A stretch of DNA of 32,000 nucleotides from [Pasteurella] mairii (GTDB taxonomy: Bacteria; Pseudomonadota; Gammaproteobacteria; Enterobacterales; Pasteurellaceae), in assembly GCA_900454475.1 (NCBI GenBank), contig UGSS01000002.1:917605-949604 (forward strand), given 5' to 3'. Shown here in pieces: positions 7,649 to 19,077 of this stretch; the first letter of the stretch is position 1, and each line of letters begins with the position of its first letter. Below the pieces are notes generated by a model. It worked only from the letters and a program-made list of their open reading frames with translations. It was not told where the DNA came from and made no database searches. Made by a program: the position numbers and the translations under genes.

Positions 7649-9526
7649 TTACAGAACTTTTTTTATCAATATTTCTTTTTCAGCAAAATGTTCAGCAATT
7701 TTTCTTGCACCATAAGGGTTAATATGATCATCATCCCTATAGATTGGCAAACCGTCAATCATAAAATCCTTTGGAATATAAGGATTGAGATCAACCCAAA
7801 TGATTTGCGGGTATTTTTTGACAATATTTTTCATAAGTTGATTTGCTTTAGCTGATTTTGAAGATATTGTGAGTTTGGGTAAAATAAATGATAATCCTTT
7901 TTGCGTTAAATAATAGTAACGAGTTCCTTGTACTGAAATGGTAGGATTATCGGCAAAAACATAAATCGTTTTATGCTGATGGAGTAAATATTGTAAGGTT
8001 TTTTCAAAGTGTGTTAGAAAATTTATCTCTTGCATTTCATCATTATCACTTGGAATATATTTCTCCCAATATCCAAGAAGGAAAATCGTATCGTAATATT
8101 GAATCTGTGTATCAATAAAATCACGATAATTATTACAATTAATAGCTGTTTTTTTCTCAGCGAGGTTTTCTTTGATAGGTCGTCTTTGTTCAATTAAAAA
8201 AGGACAACTGTGTGCTGAAATAACAGAGGAAAGCCAATGCTCTTTTTGACCTAAATAATTAAAAAATTGATTATATTGTGCTGAATGGGAATCACCTATG
8301 GCTAAAATAGTTGGCGTTTTTAATGAGATATCGCCTTGAAGACAAGGCATATCAGAATATTTGTCGTAGCAGATATGCTTTTCCCAAACAAGGTGTTGAG
8401 GAACAATATTATCCTCTATTTTTTTATAAAAATGAATAAATACTGATATGAATATTATAATTACAACATATCCCAATATAGAAAGTAAAAATTTTTTATT
8501 CGTGAAGTTTTTTATTTTTCTTATTGGATTTTCTACAACTTTATAAGTTAGATAGGCTAAAATAATGCTTATAAAGATGACAGAAAATAGAAACGTTAAT
8601 GGTAATTCGTTCGGCATGTAAACATAGCGTAATATAGCAAAAATAACCCAATGCCATAAATATAGAGAATACGAAATTAAACCAAAAAAGATAAAAAAGG
8701 GATGACTTAATAATTTATTTGGTGTAAGTGGGGTCGTGCTTGAGTTGTTATTGTTTAACAATAAGGCTGTACTGACACACACTAACAATCTTTCGATATA
8801 GCCATGACCAATACTAAAATATGCTTTAGGAATAAAAAATATAATCAATATAGTAAGTAATGCTGTCCATTGTATCGAAATCGGCAGCGATTTTCTAGGC
8901 AGTATAGCAAATAAACAGCCAATCAATAATTCATAAGCGCGGATATGTGGCAAATAATATTATTGCTTATCAGATGGAATGAATTGAGATAAAAGACTTA
9001 ATACAATACAAGTTAAAATTAGCCCAATAATGTATTTCTTTTTAAGAAATTTAATTGATAATAATAAGATAATTGGAAATATAAAATAAAACTGTTCTTC
9101 TATCGCTAACGACCAAAGATGTAATAATGGTTTTTCTTGAGATGTGATATCGAAATAATCAATATCTTTTGCAAAAAAGATATTTACACTAAATAATAAA
9201 GTAGAGCGAATCGATTTAAGATAATCAATAAAATCTTGTTTAATAAATATAATAGAGATAAAAATAGTTGTGATAGCTAAGACTACTAATAGTGCTGGTA
9301 AAATACGCTTGGCACGTCGTTTATAAAATTCAATAAAAGAAAATGTATTTTGAGTCATTTCTTGATAAATAATTTGGGTAATCAGAAATCCAGAAATGAC
9401 AAAAAATACATCAACACCTAAAATACCATTGGGTAACCACTGGGCATTTGCATGAGCAATGACCACAGATAAAACAGCAATAGCCCTCAATCCATCTATT
9501 TCAGGGCGATAATTAAAGTGAATCAT
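7649..9526 (-). pseudogene. OafA/YrhL-type O-acyltransferase (AT3 membrane domain + C-terminal SGNH domain) interrupted by a single in-frame TAA
   Basis: The two track ORFs (8960..9538 and 7649..8953) are in the same frame. They are separated only by TAA (8960..8962) followed by TAT TAT TTG. The read-through sequence is ...IPSDKQ*YYLPHIRAYELLIGCLFAIL, which spans the conserved AT3 FYLLPTRAWELLxG motif. The N-terminus has RPEIDGLRAIAVLSVVIAH (AT3 R...H motif). The C-terminus has SGNH block I (GDSHS) and block V (DDDHIN). The likely start is ATG 9526 (MIHFNYRPE), preceded by GAGGA. Confidence 0.8.
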
Positions 9527-9751
9527 AGAATTCCTCAAAATTTTCCGCTTAAATTAATTTTGAGCCAGAAGAACTGCTCGGTATTTGCCACTGTGATTTA
9601 ATAAACGCTCATTCATAAACCACCGGTAATCATGAGTTTGCATTACAGCAAATTTTATTAGTTTATTCGGCAATTGCAAACTTGTCAAAAGTGCGGTCAT
9701 TTTGGGGGGATTTTCGTGTAAAATTCACGCTACAAGAACGTTAAAAAATCC

Positions 9752-9759
9752 TGTATAAT
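9752..9759 (+). promoter_or_regulatory. Extended -10 (TGTATAAT) candidate promoter for mukFEB
   Basis: TGTATAAT lies 42 nt upstream of the mukF ATG. No good -35 is present, which is compatible with an extended -10 promoter. Confidence 0.35.
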
Positions 9760-9800
9760 CGACCGCACTTTTATGTCGATTTTTACTATGAGATTTTTAA

Positions 9801-11126
9801 ATGTTTGAAGCATCGCAAACCATTCCTGAATTGGTGATGTGGGTCAAGGAACGTGAATTTAGCCTAAACCTTCCTACGGAGCGCTTGGCATTTTTACTGG
9901 CGATTGCGATTTATAATAACGAGCGCTTAGATGGTGAAATGCTGGAAACCGATTTGATTGATATTTTCCGCCATATTTCTTCCGCTTTTGAACAATCCCA
10001 AGAAACCGTTGCCACGCGAGCGAATAATGCCATTAATGAAATGGTAAAACAGCGTTTTTTAAATCGTTTTAGCAGTGAATTTACCGAAGGCTTGTCGATT
10101 TATCGTTTAACGCCGCTGGGCGTTGGGGTATCCGATTATTATATTCGTCAGCGTGAATTTTCCGCCTTACGTTTATCCGTGCAGCTTTCAATTGTGGCTG
10201 ATGAAATTCAGCGTGCTTCTGAAGCGGCGGAAGAAAATGGTGACGAGCATCATTGGCGTCGTAATGTGTTTGCGCCGCTGAAATATTCCGTGGCAGAAAT
10301 CTTTGATAGTATTGATTATTCACAGCGTATTATGGATGAAAATCAGCAAACGATTAAAGAAGAAATCGCTGATTTATTGACCAAAGATTGGCAGGCAGCA
10401 ATTAGCAGTTGTGAAAAATTATTAGATGAAACTTCCGGCAATTTGCGTGAATTGCAAGATACGCTAAATGCCGCCGGTGATAAGCTGCAAGCGCAACTGT
10501 TGCGTATTCAAGATTGTGTGATTGGACGCGATGAGTTGTATTTTATCGATCAATTGATTACCGATTTGCAATCGAAACTTGACCGAATTATTAGTTGGGG
10601 GCAACAAGCAATCGATCTGTGGATTGGTTATGACCGCCATGTGCATAAATTCATTCGTACCGCCATTGATATGGATAAAAATCGGGTCTTTTCACAACGT
10701 TTACGTCAATCCATCCACCATTATTTCGATCATCCTTGGTATTTGTGGACCGCGCAGGCAGAGCGTTTAATTGATTTGCGTGATGAAGAATTGATGTTGC
10801 GCGAAGAAGATGCGTTAGGTGAGTTGCCGGAAGCGTTGCAATTCGAAGAATTTTCCGCATTACAAGATCAAATTAAGGAGCAGATGCAAACCTTATTAAT
10901 CTCCTATCGTGAGCAAAATCGTCCGATTAACCTTAGTTTGGTCTTAAAAGAACAATTAGAAAATTACCCATTGTCTCGCCATTTTGATGTGGCGCGCATT
11001 ATCGTTGATCAGGCGGTACGCTTAGGAATGGCAAGCGCGGATTTATCCGGTGTTTATGCGCAATGGGAAGCGATTAATCAACAGGGCGCCGAAGTACAGG
11101 CGCACGTTATTGACGAATATAAATAA
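9801..11126 (+). CDS. mukF: Chromosome partition protein MukF (kleisin)
   Basis: 441 aa. It is colinear with E. coli MukF as recalled: SQTxPELVxWxxxxxFSxxLPxxRLxFLLAxAxxNxERLDGEM ... [33 protein letters not shown] ... KVQAHVIDxY at the end. Confidence 0.95.
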   Translation: MFEASQTIPELVMWVKEREFSLNLPTERLAFLLAIAIYNNERLDGEMLETDLIDIFRHISSAFEQSQETVATRANNAINEMVKQRFLNRFSSEFTEGLSIYRLTPLGVGVSDYYIRQREFSALRLSVQLSIVADEIQRASEAAEENGDEHHWRRNVFAPLKYSVAEIFDSIDYSQRIMDENQQTIKEEIADLLTKDWQAAISSCEKLLDETSGNLRELQDTLNAAGDKLQAQLLRIQDCVIGRDELYFIDQLITDLQSKLDRIISWGQQAIDLWIGYDRHVHKFIRTAIDMDKNRVFSQRLRQSIHHYFDHPWYLWTAQAERLIDLRDEELMLREEDALGELPEALQFEEFSALQDQIKEQMQTLLISYREQNRPINLSLVLKEQLENYPLSRHFDVARIIVDQAVRLGMASADLSGVYAQWEAINQQGAEVQAHVIDEYK

Positions 11127-11138
11127 AGAGATGAACCA

Positions 11139-11858
11139 ATGACAGATAATCTTCAAGATGGAATTTCAAGCAAATTAGCGGTGGCAATTGCCAATCCGCT
11201 GTTTCCTGCGGTGGACAGCCAATTACGTTCCGGTAAACATATCGGCATGGAGCATTTGGATAACCATGCATTTTTACTGGATTTTCAGTGGGAGTTGGAT
11301 AATTTTTATCGTCGTTATAATGTGGAACTTATTCGTGCCCCGGAAGGTTTTTTCTATCTACGCCCGAAAGCGACAACCTTAATCGCGCGTTCCGTGTTGA
11401 CGGAGCTGGAAATGTTAGTGGGCAAAGTGCTTTGTTATTTATATCTAAGTCCGGAACGTTTGGCTCAACAAGGGATTTTTACGATTCAAGAAGTGTATGA
11501 CGAATTATTGAATTTGGCGGACGAAAGCAAACTATTAAAAGCAGTCAATCAGCGTTCTTCCGGTTCTGATTTGGATAAACAAAAATTAGCAGAAAAAGTG
11601 CGTGCGGCGTTAACGCGTTTACGTCGTTTGGGCATGATTCATACCATTGGTGAGCAAAACAGCGGAAAATTTACCATTTCCGAGTCGGTTTTCCGTTTTG
11701 GTGCGGAAGTACGTTCCGGAGACGATCCGTTAGAAGCGCAATTACGTTTAATTCGTGATGGAGAAGCGGCTAATCCGCAATCCTTGCAATTGGAAAAAAG
11801 TGCGGTAGAAAAAGACGAAGAAATTGAAGATGTTGAAGATCAAGAGGGAGAAGAATAA
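11139..11858 (+). CDS. mukE: Chromosome partition protein MukE
   Basis: 239 aa, positioned between mukF and mukB. It has the conserved [23 protein letters not shown]...[21 protein letters not shown] pattern and an acidic C-terminal tail. Its stop overlaps the mukB ATG (TAATG). Confidence 0.93.
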   Translation: MTDNLQDGISSKLAVAIANPLFPAVDSQLRSGKHIGMEHLDNHAFLLDFQWELDNFYRRYNVELIRAPEGFFYLRPKATTLIARSVLTELEMLVGKVLCYLYLSPERLAQQGIFTIQEVYDELLNLADESKLLKAVNQRSSGSDLDKQKLAEKVRAALTRLRRLGMIHTIGEQNSGKFTISESVFRFGAEVRSGDDPLEAQLRLIRDGEAANPQSLQLEKSAVEKDEEIEDVEDQEGEE

Positions 11859-14800
11859 TGTCTGACATATTTGAGCAAGAAAACGAAATACTTGATCTTG
11901 AAAAGGACATTATTGTAAACGATGTTGACGAAATGTCTTTGGAACAAGCGGATTTAGCGACTTCTTTAGTGACAATGTCACAATTTAATCCTGCATTGCA
12001 ATCAGTTGGTGTAGAAAGAGGGAAGTTTCGTTCTTTAACCTTAATTAACTGGAACGGTTTTTTCGCGCGTACTTTTGATTTGGATGAATTAGTAACGACC
12101 TTATCGGGCGGAAACGGTGCGGGTAAATCTACGACAATGGCAGGCTTTGTCACCGCATTGATTCCGGATTTAACCTTGTTGCATTTCCGTAATACTACGG
12201 AAGCGGGTTCAACCGGCGGTTCGCGAGATAAAGGGTTGCACGGTAAATTGCGTCCGGGCGTGTGTTATGCTGCCTTAGATACGATTAATTCTCGTCATCA
12301 GCGTATTGTTGTCGGTGTTCGTTTGCAGCAAGTGGCGGGACGCGATAAAAAAGTGGATATTAAAACGTTTTCCATTCAAGGCTTGGAATTATCCCTTAAT
12401 CCGACCGTGATTTTTACGGAAACCGTCGGCGAACGCCAAGCGCGCGTATTAAATTTAAATGAACTAAAAGATAAAATTGAAAACCTAGGCGCGCAATTTA
12501 AACAATATCATTCTATCACGGATTACCACGGGATGATGTTTGATTTGGGTATTATTCCAAAACGTTTACGTTCTTCTTCTGACCGTAGCAAATTCTATAA
12601 ATTGATTGAAGCGTCTTTATACGGTGGGATTTCCAGTGCGATTACCAAATCCTTGCGTGATTATCTATTGCCGGAAAATTTAGGCGTACGCAAAGCGTTC
12701 CAAGATATGGAAAGTGCGTTACGCGAAAACCGCATGACCCTTGAAGCCATTAAAGTCACGCAAGCTGACCGCGATTTATTTAAACATTTGATCACGGAAA
12801 CCACCAATTATGTCGCCTCCGATTATATGCGTAACGCCAACGAGCGTTTAGGCAATATTCAAACCGCACTTTCTTTCCGTCAAGATTGGTATAAAGCCAA
12901 AGCGGAACAAGATTTATCGCAACATCGCTTAATTGATTTAAGTCGCGAAGCCGCAGAGTTGGCGGAAAATGAAAAAACGTTGGAAGTGGATCACCAAAGT
13001 GCGGTCGATCATTTAAATTTAGTGTTAAATGCCTTACGCCATCAAGAAAAAATTTCCCGTTATCATGAAGATGTCGCCACCTTACGGGAAAAATTAGAAG
13101 AACAAAAAATGGCGGTTGAAGAAGCCAATGAACAGCAAGAAGCAAGCCAAGCGCAATTGGAACAAGTGGAGCTGGAAGTGGATCAGCTGCGTAACCAATT
13201 GGCAGATTATCAACAAGCGCTTGATGCACAACAAACCCGCGCTTTGCAATATAACCAAGCGATTAGCGCTTTAGAAAAAGCCAAATATTTATGCGGGTTA
13301 GCTGAGTTGTCGGTAAAAAATGTGGAAGATTATTATGCGGAATTTGAGGCGCAGGCGGAAGATATTACCGCGAGAGTGCTGGAATTAGAGCAGAAAATGT
13401 CCATTTCCGAAGCGGCGAAAACGCAATTTGATAAAGTCTATCAGTTGGTGTGTAGCATTGCGGGTGAGATGCCGCGTTCAGCAGCGTGGGAAAGCGCAAA
13501 AACTTTGTTGCGTGAATATCCGCGTCAAAAAGTGCAAGCGCAGCAAAGTGCGTCATTGCGCGGTAAATTACATGAATTAGAACAACGTTATGCCCAACAA
13601 CAAAGTGCGGTGCGTTTATTAAAAGATGTTAACCAACGCGCGAATTTAGCCTTGGAAAGCGTTGAGGAATTAGAAGATTTCTATGCCGAACAAGAAGCGC
13701 TAGTGGACGATTTGTCTGTCGAATTATCCGAGCAAGTGGAACAGCGTTCGACATTGCGCCAAAAACGCGAACAATTGACCGCACTTTATGAAGAAAATGC
13801 ACGTAAAGCGCCGGCATGGTTAACTGCACAAGCCGCGTTGGAACGTTTGCAAGAACAAAGTGGCGCAAATTTTGCTGATAGCCAAGATGTGATGAATTTT
13901 ATGCAGGCACAATTGGTTAAAGAGCGTGAATTTACCATTGAACGCGATCAATTGGAGCAAAAACGTCAACATTTAGATGAGCAAATTTCTCGTTTAAGCC
14001 AGCCGGACGGTTCGGAAGATCCGCGTTTAAATGTGCTTGCCGAGCGTTTTGGTGGCGTATTATTGTCTGAATTATATGATGATGTGCCGATTGAAGATGC
14101 GCCTTATTTCTCGGCGTTATATGGGCCAGCACGCCATGCGATTGTGGTGCGCGATTTAACTGCCGTGAAAGAACAATTGAGCCAATTGGAAGATTGCCCG
14201 GAAGATTTATATTTAATTGAAGGCGATCCGGCAGAATTCGACGACAGTGTCTTTAATGCGCAAGAGTTGGAATTGGGCGTTGTGGTGCAAGTGTCAAATC
14301 GCGAAGTGCGTTATTCCAAATTCCCAGAAATTCCGTTGTTCGGTCGTGCCGCACGAGAAAAGCGCTTGGAAGAATTACAAGCACAACGGGATGAAATTGC
14401 GGAACAATATGCGCAGCGTGCGTTTGATGTGCAAAAATGTCAGCGTTTGCATGAACATTTCAGCCAATTTGTCGGTTTACATTTAGCCTTGGCATTTTTA
14501 CCTAATCCGGAAACCTTAATGGCGGAAGTACAACGCGAACGTAATGAAATTGAGCGCGAGCTTAACCAATTTAGTACCGGTGAACAACAAATTCGGATGC
14601 AATTGGATAATGCTAAAGAAAAAATGCAATTGCTGAATAAATTGTTGCCGCAAGTCAATGTTTTGGCGGATGAGACCTTGTTGGATCGCATTGAAGAATG
14701 TCGCGAACAATTGGATGAAGCAGAACAAGATGCGCATTTTATCCGTCAATATGGCAACGCCTTAGCGCAATTGGAGCCGATTGCGAATACCTTGCAAAGT

Positions 14801-16417
14801 GATCCTGAAAATTATGAGCGCTTAAAAGCGGATTACGAAAGTGCGGTCGGTTTACAAAAACAAATTCAACAACGCGTTTTTGCTTTGGCGGATGTGGTGC
14901 AACGTAAAGCGCATTTCAGTTATGAAGATACGGTGAAATCTGAAACTTCCGAATTAAATGAACAGTTGCGTCAACGTTTGGAACACGTGCAAAAACAACG
15001 GGAACAGCAACGCGAAATTGTGCGCCAAAAACAAGTGCGTTTTGCACAATATAACCAAGTTTATATTGAATTGCGCAGTTCCTTTGATGAAAAAAATAAA
15101 ATGTTAAATGAACTGATTGAAGAAATCGGTCAGCTTGGCGTGCGCGCGGATGATGGCGCGGAAGATCGCGCTCGTATTCGTCGTGATGAATTGTATCAAC
15201 AACTTTCTACCAGTCGCCAACGTCGTACTTATATTGAAAAACAATTAACGCAAATTGAAACAGAAAGCGAGAATTTAACACGTCGTATTCGTAAAGCAGA
15301 GCGGGATTATAAAACCCAGCGCGAATTAGTGGTTGCGGCGAAAGTGAGTTGGTGTGTGGTGCTGCGTTTATCTCGCAACAGCGATGTGGAAAAACGCCTC
15401 AATCGTCGCGAATTGGCATATTTATCCGCGGATGATTTGCGCTCAATGTCGGATAAAGCCTTGGGTGCATTGAGAACAGCGGTTGCCGATAACGAATATT
15501 TGCGTGATGCTTTACGTATTTCTGAAGATAGTCGTAAACCGGAAAATAAAGTACGGTTCTTTATTGCGGTATATCAACATCTGCGCGAACGTATTCGTCA
15601 AGATATTATCAAAACCGACGATCCGATTGATGCAATTGAGCAAATGGAAATTGAGCTTTCTCGTTTAACTGATGAGTTAACCGGACGCGAGAAAAAATTG
15701 GCGATCAGTTCGGAAAGTGTGGCGAATATTATGCGCAAAACCATTCAGCGCGAACAAAACCGAATTCGTATGTTGAACCAAGGGTTGCAAAATATTGCTT
15801 TTGGTCAAGTTAAATCTGTGCGTTTGGTGGTGAATATTCGTGATACTCATGCGATGTTATTGGACGCGTTATCCGGCAATCAGGCGGAATATCAAGATTT
15901 ATTCAGCGACAACCGTATGACCTTCTCTGAAGCGATTGCGAAATTGTATCAACGCATTAATCCACATATCGATATGGGGCAGCGTACTGCACAAACCATT
16001 GGCGAAGAATTGCTGGATTATCGCAATTATCTCGATCTTGAAGTGGAAGTCTATCGTGGTGCGGACGGTTGGTTGCGCGCGGAAAGTGGCGCCTTGTCCA
16101 CCGGTGAAGCTATCGGAACCGGGATGTCTATTTTATTGATGGTCGTTCAAAGTTGGGAAGAAGAAAGCCGCCGAATTCGCGGTAAAGATATTGTTCCATG
16201 TCGTTTGTTATTCTTAGATGAAGCGGCGCGTTTGGATGCGAAATCCATTTCCACCTTGTTTGAATTGTGTGAACGTCTGGATATGCAATTGCTTATCGCT
16301 GCGCCGGAAAATATCAGCCCAGAAAAAGGGACGACGTATAAATTAGTACGTAAAATCTCCGGTAACCAAGAACACGTTCATGTGGTTGGCTTACGCGGAT
16401 TTGGCGCTAGCGCCTAG
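11858..16417 (+). CDS. mukB: Chromosome partition protein MukB (SMC-like ATPase)
   Basis: 1519 aa. From residue 53 ([43 protein letters not shown], Walker A) to the C-terminal head ([15 protein letters not shown]...[21 protein letters not shown]) it follows E. coli MukB closely. The roughly 50-aa acidic N-terminal extension depends on choosing the ATG at 11858, which overlaps the mukE stop. Confidence 0.95.
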   Translation: MSDIFEQENEILDLEKDIIVNDVDEMSLEQADLATSLVTMSQFNPALQSVGVERGKFRSLTLINWNGFFARTFDLDELVTTLSGGNGAGKSTTMAGFVTALIPDLTLLHFRNTTEAGSTGGSRDKGLHGKLRPGVCYAALDTINSRHQRIVVGVRLQQVAGRDKKVDIKTFSIQGLELSLNPTVIFTETVGERQARVLNLNELKDKIENLGAQFKQYHSITDYHGMMFDLGIIPKRLRSSSDRSKFYKLIEASLYGGISSAITKSLRDYLLPENLGVRKAFQDMESALRENRMTLEAIKVTQADRDLFKHLITETTNYVASDYMRNANERLGNIQTALSFRQDWYKAKAEQDLSQHRLIDLSREAAELAENEKTLEVDHQSAVDHLNLVLNALRHQEKISRYHEDVATLREKLEEQKMAVEEANEQQEASQAQLEQVELEVDQLRNQLADYQQALDAQQTRALQYNQAISALEKAKYLCGLAELSVKNVEDYYAEFEAQAEDITARVLELEQKMSISEAAKTQFDKVYQLVCSIAGEMPRSAAWESAKTLLREYPRQKVQAQQSASLRGKLHELEQRYAQQQSAVRLLKDVNQRANLALESVEELEDFYAEQEALVDDLSVELSEQVEQRSTLRQKREQLTALYEENARKAPAWLTAQAALERLQEQSGANFADSQDVMNFMQAQLVKEREFTIERDQLEQKRQHLDEQISRLSQPDGSEDPRLNVLAERFGGVLLSELYDDVPIEDAPYFSALYGPARHAIVVRDLTAVKEQLSQLEDCPEDLYLIEGDPAEFDDSVFNAQELELGVVVQVSNREVRYSKFPEIPLFGRAAREKRLEELQAQRDEIAEQYAQRAFDVQKCQRLHEHFSQFVGLHLALAFLPNPETLMAEVQRERNEIERELNQFSTGEQQIRMQLDNAKEKMQLLNKLLPQVNVLADETLLDRIEECREQLDEAEQDAHFIRQYGNALAQLEPIANTLQSDPENYERLKADYESAVGLQKQIQQRVFALADVVQRKAHFSYEDTVKSETSELNEQLRQRLEHVQKQREQQREIVRQKQVRFAQYNQVYIELRSSFDEKNKMLNELIEEIGQLGVRADDGAEDRARIRRDELYQQLSTSRQRRTYIEKQLTQIETESENLTRRIRKAERDYKTQRELVVAAKVSWCVVLRLSRNSDVEKRLNRRELAYLSADDLRSMSDKALGALRTAVADNEYLRDALRISEDSRKPENKVRFFIAVYQHLRERIRQDIIKTDDPIDAIEQMEIELSRLTDELTGREKKLAISSESVANIMRKTIQREQNRIRMLNQGLQNIAFGQVKSVRLVVNIRDTHAMLLDALSGNQAEYQDLFSDNRMTFSEAIAKLYQRINPHIDMGQRTAQTIGEELLDYRNYLDLEVEVYRGADGWLRAESGALSTGEAIGTGMSILLMVVQSWEEESRRIRGKDIVPCRLLFLDEAARLDAKSISTLFELCERLDMQLLIAAPENISPEKGTTYKLVRKISGNQEHVHVVGLRGFGASA

Positions 16418-16423
16418 TGAGCA

Positions 16424-16468
16424 AGAAAGTGCGGTTAAAAATAACTAAATTTTGACCGCACTTTTACC
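16424..16468 (+). terminator. USS inverted-pair terminator after mukB
   Basis: AAAGTGCGGT (16426..16435) pairs with ACCGCACTTT (16455..16464) around a 19-nt AT loop. The trailing T-run is short (TTTT). Confidence 0.6.
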
Positions 16469-16486
16469 CAAAATAGAAGGTATCCC

Positions 16487-17359
16487 ATGCATTATCTTTT
16501 TCTTGCTATTCTTTGTAGTGTGGCGGTTTCGGTGTTGCTGAAAGTGGCGCGGAAACGCAATATTCTTATTGAGCAAGCTATTGCCTTTAATTACATTACC
16601 GCACTTGGATTAAGTTATATTTTACTGAAGCCAAATTTTCAAGGCTTGGCATTTACGAATTTTATTGCGCAAAGCGAACATTCGTCGATCTTTTTCGCCT
16701 TGGGGATTTTGTTGCCAACGGTGTTTATTATTATGTCGAAAGCGGTGGAGTTTGCCGGTATTGTCCGCGCAGATGCGGCACAGCGATTGTCTTTATTTTT
16801 ACCGATTGTTGCCGCCTTTTTGTTGTTTGATGAGCAATTAAGCCAAGCGCGCTTGATCGGAATTATTTTAGCGTTTTTCGCCTTATTTTGTTTGCTCACC
16901 AAACCCGCCGCGCAAATGCAAGGCAGCGTCAAAGGCGTTATCAGTTTAATTTTGGTGTGGTTTGGTTATGGCATTATTGATATTTTATTCAAACAAACCG
17001 CCAAAATGGGCGCCGCATTTGCTACCACGCTTTTTATCTCTTTTTGCTTGGCGGCTTGTGTAATGTTTATGTATTTACTACTGAAACGAACCCGTTGGAC
17101 TGCGCCAAGTTTGCTGGGCGGAATGCTCCTTGGTGGCTTAAATTTTATGAACATCCTGTTTTATATTAAAGCGCATCAACATTTTAGTGAAAATCCGACA
17201 TTAGTTTTTGCTGGTATGAATGTGGGAGTGATTTGTTTTGGCACCTTAGTCGGTGCATTGGTATTTAAAGAAAAAATAAGCAAAATCAATGGAGTAGGGG
17301 TAATTGTTGGAATATTATCCATTCTTTGTTTATTTTACTGGGATCACGTTATTGGGTAA
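16487..17359 (+). CDS. Polytopic inner-membrane protein, DMT/EamA-like fold (about 10 TM), substrate unknown
   Basis: 290 aa, hydrophobic throughout, with two similar halves each of about 5 predicted helices. No motif was recognised that allows a specific name. Confidence 0.6.
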   Translation: MHYLFLAILCSVAVSVLLKVARKRNILIEQAIAFNYITALGLSYILLKPNFQGLAFTNFIAQSEHSSIFFALGILLPTVFIIMSKAVEFAGIVRADAAQRLSLFLPIVAAFLLFDEQLSQARLIGIILAFFALFCLLTKPAAQMQGSVKGVISLILVWFGYGIIDILFKQTAKMGAAFATTLFISFCLAACVMFMYLLLKRTRWTAPSLLGGMLLGGLNFMNILFYIKAHQHFSENPTLVFAGMNVGVICFGTLVGALVFKEKISKINGVGVIVGILSILCLFYWDHVIG

Positions 17360-17366
17360 ATTCGCG

Positions 17367-18785
17367 ATGCAATCTGATTTTTCTTTTTTTATTTATGATT
17401 TTGAAAGTTTTGGCATTAATCCGGCGTCCGATCGTCCCGCGCAGTTTGCCGGTATTCGTACCGATGAACATTTTAATATTATCGGCGAGCCGGTGATGTT
17501 GTATTGCAAACAAAGCAATGATTATTTGCCTTCGCCCGCAGCGGTTTTGGTCACGGGGATTACGCCGCAAGAATGTAATGAGAAAGGGGTTCCCGAGCCG
17601 GAGTTCGCCGCGCGTATTTTAGCCGAATTTAGCCAACCGAATACCTGTATTATGGGCTTTAATAATATTCGTTATGATGACGAAATGGCGCGCTATACCT
17701 TTTACCGCAATTTTATTGATCCCTATGAGTATAGCTATAAAAATGGAAATTTCCGTTGGGATTTGTTGGATGTTGTGCGTGCTTGTTATGCCTTGCGTCC
17801 AGAGGGGATTAATTGGGCATATGATGAAGACGGAATGCCATCTTTTCGGCTGGAAAAATTAACTCAAGCCAATGGCATTGAGCATAGTAATGCACATGAT
17901 GCGATGGCGGATGTTTATGCAACCATTGCCATGGCAAAACTGATTAAAGAAAAACAACCTAAATTATTTCACTATTTTTTTACGCACCGAGATAAAAAAT
18001 CTCTCGTAGAACTGATTGACACTGCAAAATTAACACCGCTGGTTCACGTTTCCGGTATGTTGGGCAATTATCGCGGTAATACCAGTTGGGTAGTTCCTTT
18101 GGCATGGCATCCGAGCAATCAGAATGCAGTGATTGTATGCGATTTAGCGCGCGATATCAGCGACTTATTAACGAAAAGTGCGGTAGAATTACGCGAGATT
18201 TTATATACGCCCAAAGTCGTGCTTGAAGCGCAAGGTGTGCTGCCGGTTCCGTTAAAATTGGTGCATATTAATAAGTGTCCGATTTTAGCGCCGGCGAAAA
18301 CGCTATTGCCTAAAAATGCACAACGTTTGGGTATTGATCGCGACTTTTGTTTGCAAAATTTGGCTAAATTGCGCCAAGTTAATATTCGGGATAAAGTGAT
18401 TGAAATTTTTAATGATGATCGGTCATTTGAACCCAGTGAGAATGTAGAAACGGAATTATACAGCGGCTTTTTTGGTTATAACGATAAAAATAATATGGCG
18501 ATTTTACGCGATTTACCGCCAGAAAAATTAGCAGATCATCAGTTAACGTTCCAAGACAAGCGCATAGAACCCTTGTTATTTCATTATCGCGCTAGACATT
18601 TTTATAAAACCTTAACGCGCACGGAGCAATTGCAATGGCAAAGATACCGCCGGCGAAAACTGGAAAAAAGTGCGGTGCAATTTGAGCAAGATTTGCAAAA
18701 ACTGGCTCAAGAACAGCAAGATAACCCAGAAAAATTAGCGTTGTTGCAGCAAGTGTATGAATATGGCGTAAAATTATTGGGATGA
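17367..18785 (+). CDS. sbcB: Exodeoxyribonuclease I
   Basis: The track ORF starts at 17304. I use ATG 17367 (MQSDFSFFIYDFESFGINPASDRPAQFAGIRTD), which aligns with the E. coli SbcB N-terminus (FLFHDYETFGTHPALDRPAQFAAIRTD). Later matches are RWDLLDVxRACYALRPEGINW, SFRLExLTxANGIEHSNAHDAMADVYATIAMAKL and VKLVHINKCP. Confidence 0.95.
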   Translation: MQSDFSFFIYDFESFGINPASDRPAQFAGIRTDEHFNIIGEPVMLYCKQSNDYLPSPAAVLVTGITPQECNEKGVPEPEFAARILAEFSQPNTCIMGFNNIRYDDEMARYTFYRNFIDPYEYSYKNGNFRWDLLDVVRACYALRPEGINWAYDEDGMPSFRLEKLTQANGIEHSNAHDAMADVYATIAMAKLIKEKQPKLFHYFFTHRDKKSLVELIDTAKLTPLVHVSGMLGNYRGNTSWVVPLAWHPSNQNAVIVCDLARDISDLLTKSAVELREILYTPKVVLEAQGVLPVPLKLVHINKCPILAPAKTLLPKNAQRLGIDRDFCLQNLAKLRQVNIRDKVIEIFNDDRSFEPSENVETELYSGFFGYNDKNNMAILRDLPPEKLADHQLTFQDKRIEPLLFHYRARHFYKTLTRTEQLQWQRYRRRKLEKSAVQFEQDLQKLAQEQQDNPEKLALLQQVYEYGVKLLG

Positions 18786-18900
18786 TGAGTGATCATTGTC
18801 ACAAAAAAGAGTAAAAAAGAAGTAAATAAAATATTTACCAGACATCGGATTATTTGTGTTTTTATCAAAATTTACTTGACATTTATATAGTGAGGTTAAA

Positions 18901-19023
18901 ATGCGAAACGAAACGAAACGAAACGAAACGAAACGAAACGAAACGAAACGAAACGAAACGAAACGAAACGAAACGAAACGAAACGAAACGAAACGAAACG
19001 AAACGAAACGAAACGAAACGTAG
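18901..19023 (+). other. Putative repeat-encoded leader ORF: M(RNETK)7RNET*, 40 codons
   Basis: The ATG at 18901 is preceded by GAGG (18892..18895) with a 5-nt spacer. The ORF consists entirely of the pentanucleotide tract and, with 23 units, stops at the TAG (19021..19023) directly after the tract. Whether it is translated is unknown. Confidence 0.35.
18904..19020. repeat. Perfect pentanucleotide microsatellite, 23 full units of AAACG (equivalently GAAAC or CGAAA; GTTTC/CGTTT on the other strand)
   Basis: Counted directly: CG + (AAACG)x23 spans 18904..19020 with no interruption. It lies 57 nt upstream of the methyltransferase ATG (19078). Confidence 0.98.
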
Positions 19024-19077
19024 TTTAAAATCAATCTCTTGCCTGTCAAGCCTTTTTTTAAAAAAGGCGGTGGCATA

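Noticed and set aside
7622-7855. Plus-strand ORF 7622..7855
   Set aside because: It is antisense to the SGNH domain of the acyltransferase in very AT-rich DNA, so it is a chance ORF.
9560-9650. 29-aa minus-strand ORF (MQTHDYRWFMNERLLNHSGKYRAVLLAQN) upstream of mukF
   Set aside because: It is too short, has no SD, and resembles nothing I recall. It could be a gene remnant at the island's right edge, but the sequence alone gives no support.
12792-16139. Numerous 60-145 aa ORFs inside mukB on both strands (for example 12792..13229 -, 14217..14486 +, 14440..14749 -)
   Set aside because: They lie entirely within, or antisense to, a strongly supported 1519-aa gene. Their composition is biased (R/H/L/P-rich), as is typical of off-frame translation.
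9801-16417. MukFEB as a Wadjet/JetABCD-type plasmid-defence condensin
   Set aside because: All three proteins are near-colinear with housekeeping E. coli MukF/E/B. No JetD/MksG-type Toprim nuclease gene accompanies them. The composition and USS content are those of core DNA.
18904-19020. Possible CRISPR array
   Set aside because: It has a 5-nt unit with no spacers, so it is a simple sequence repeat and not a repeat-spacer array. No cas genes lie nearby.
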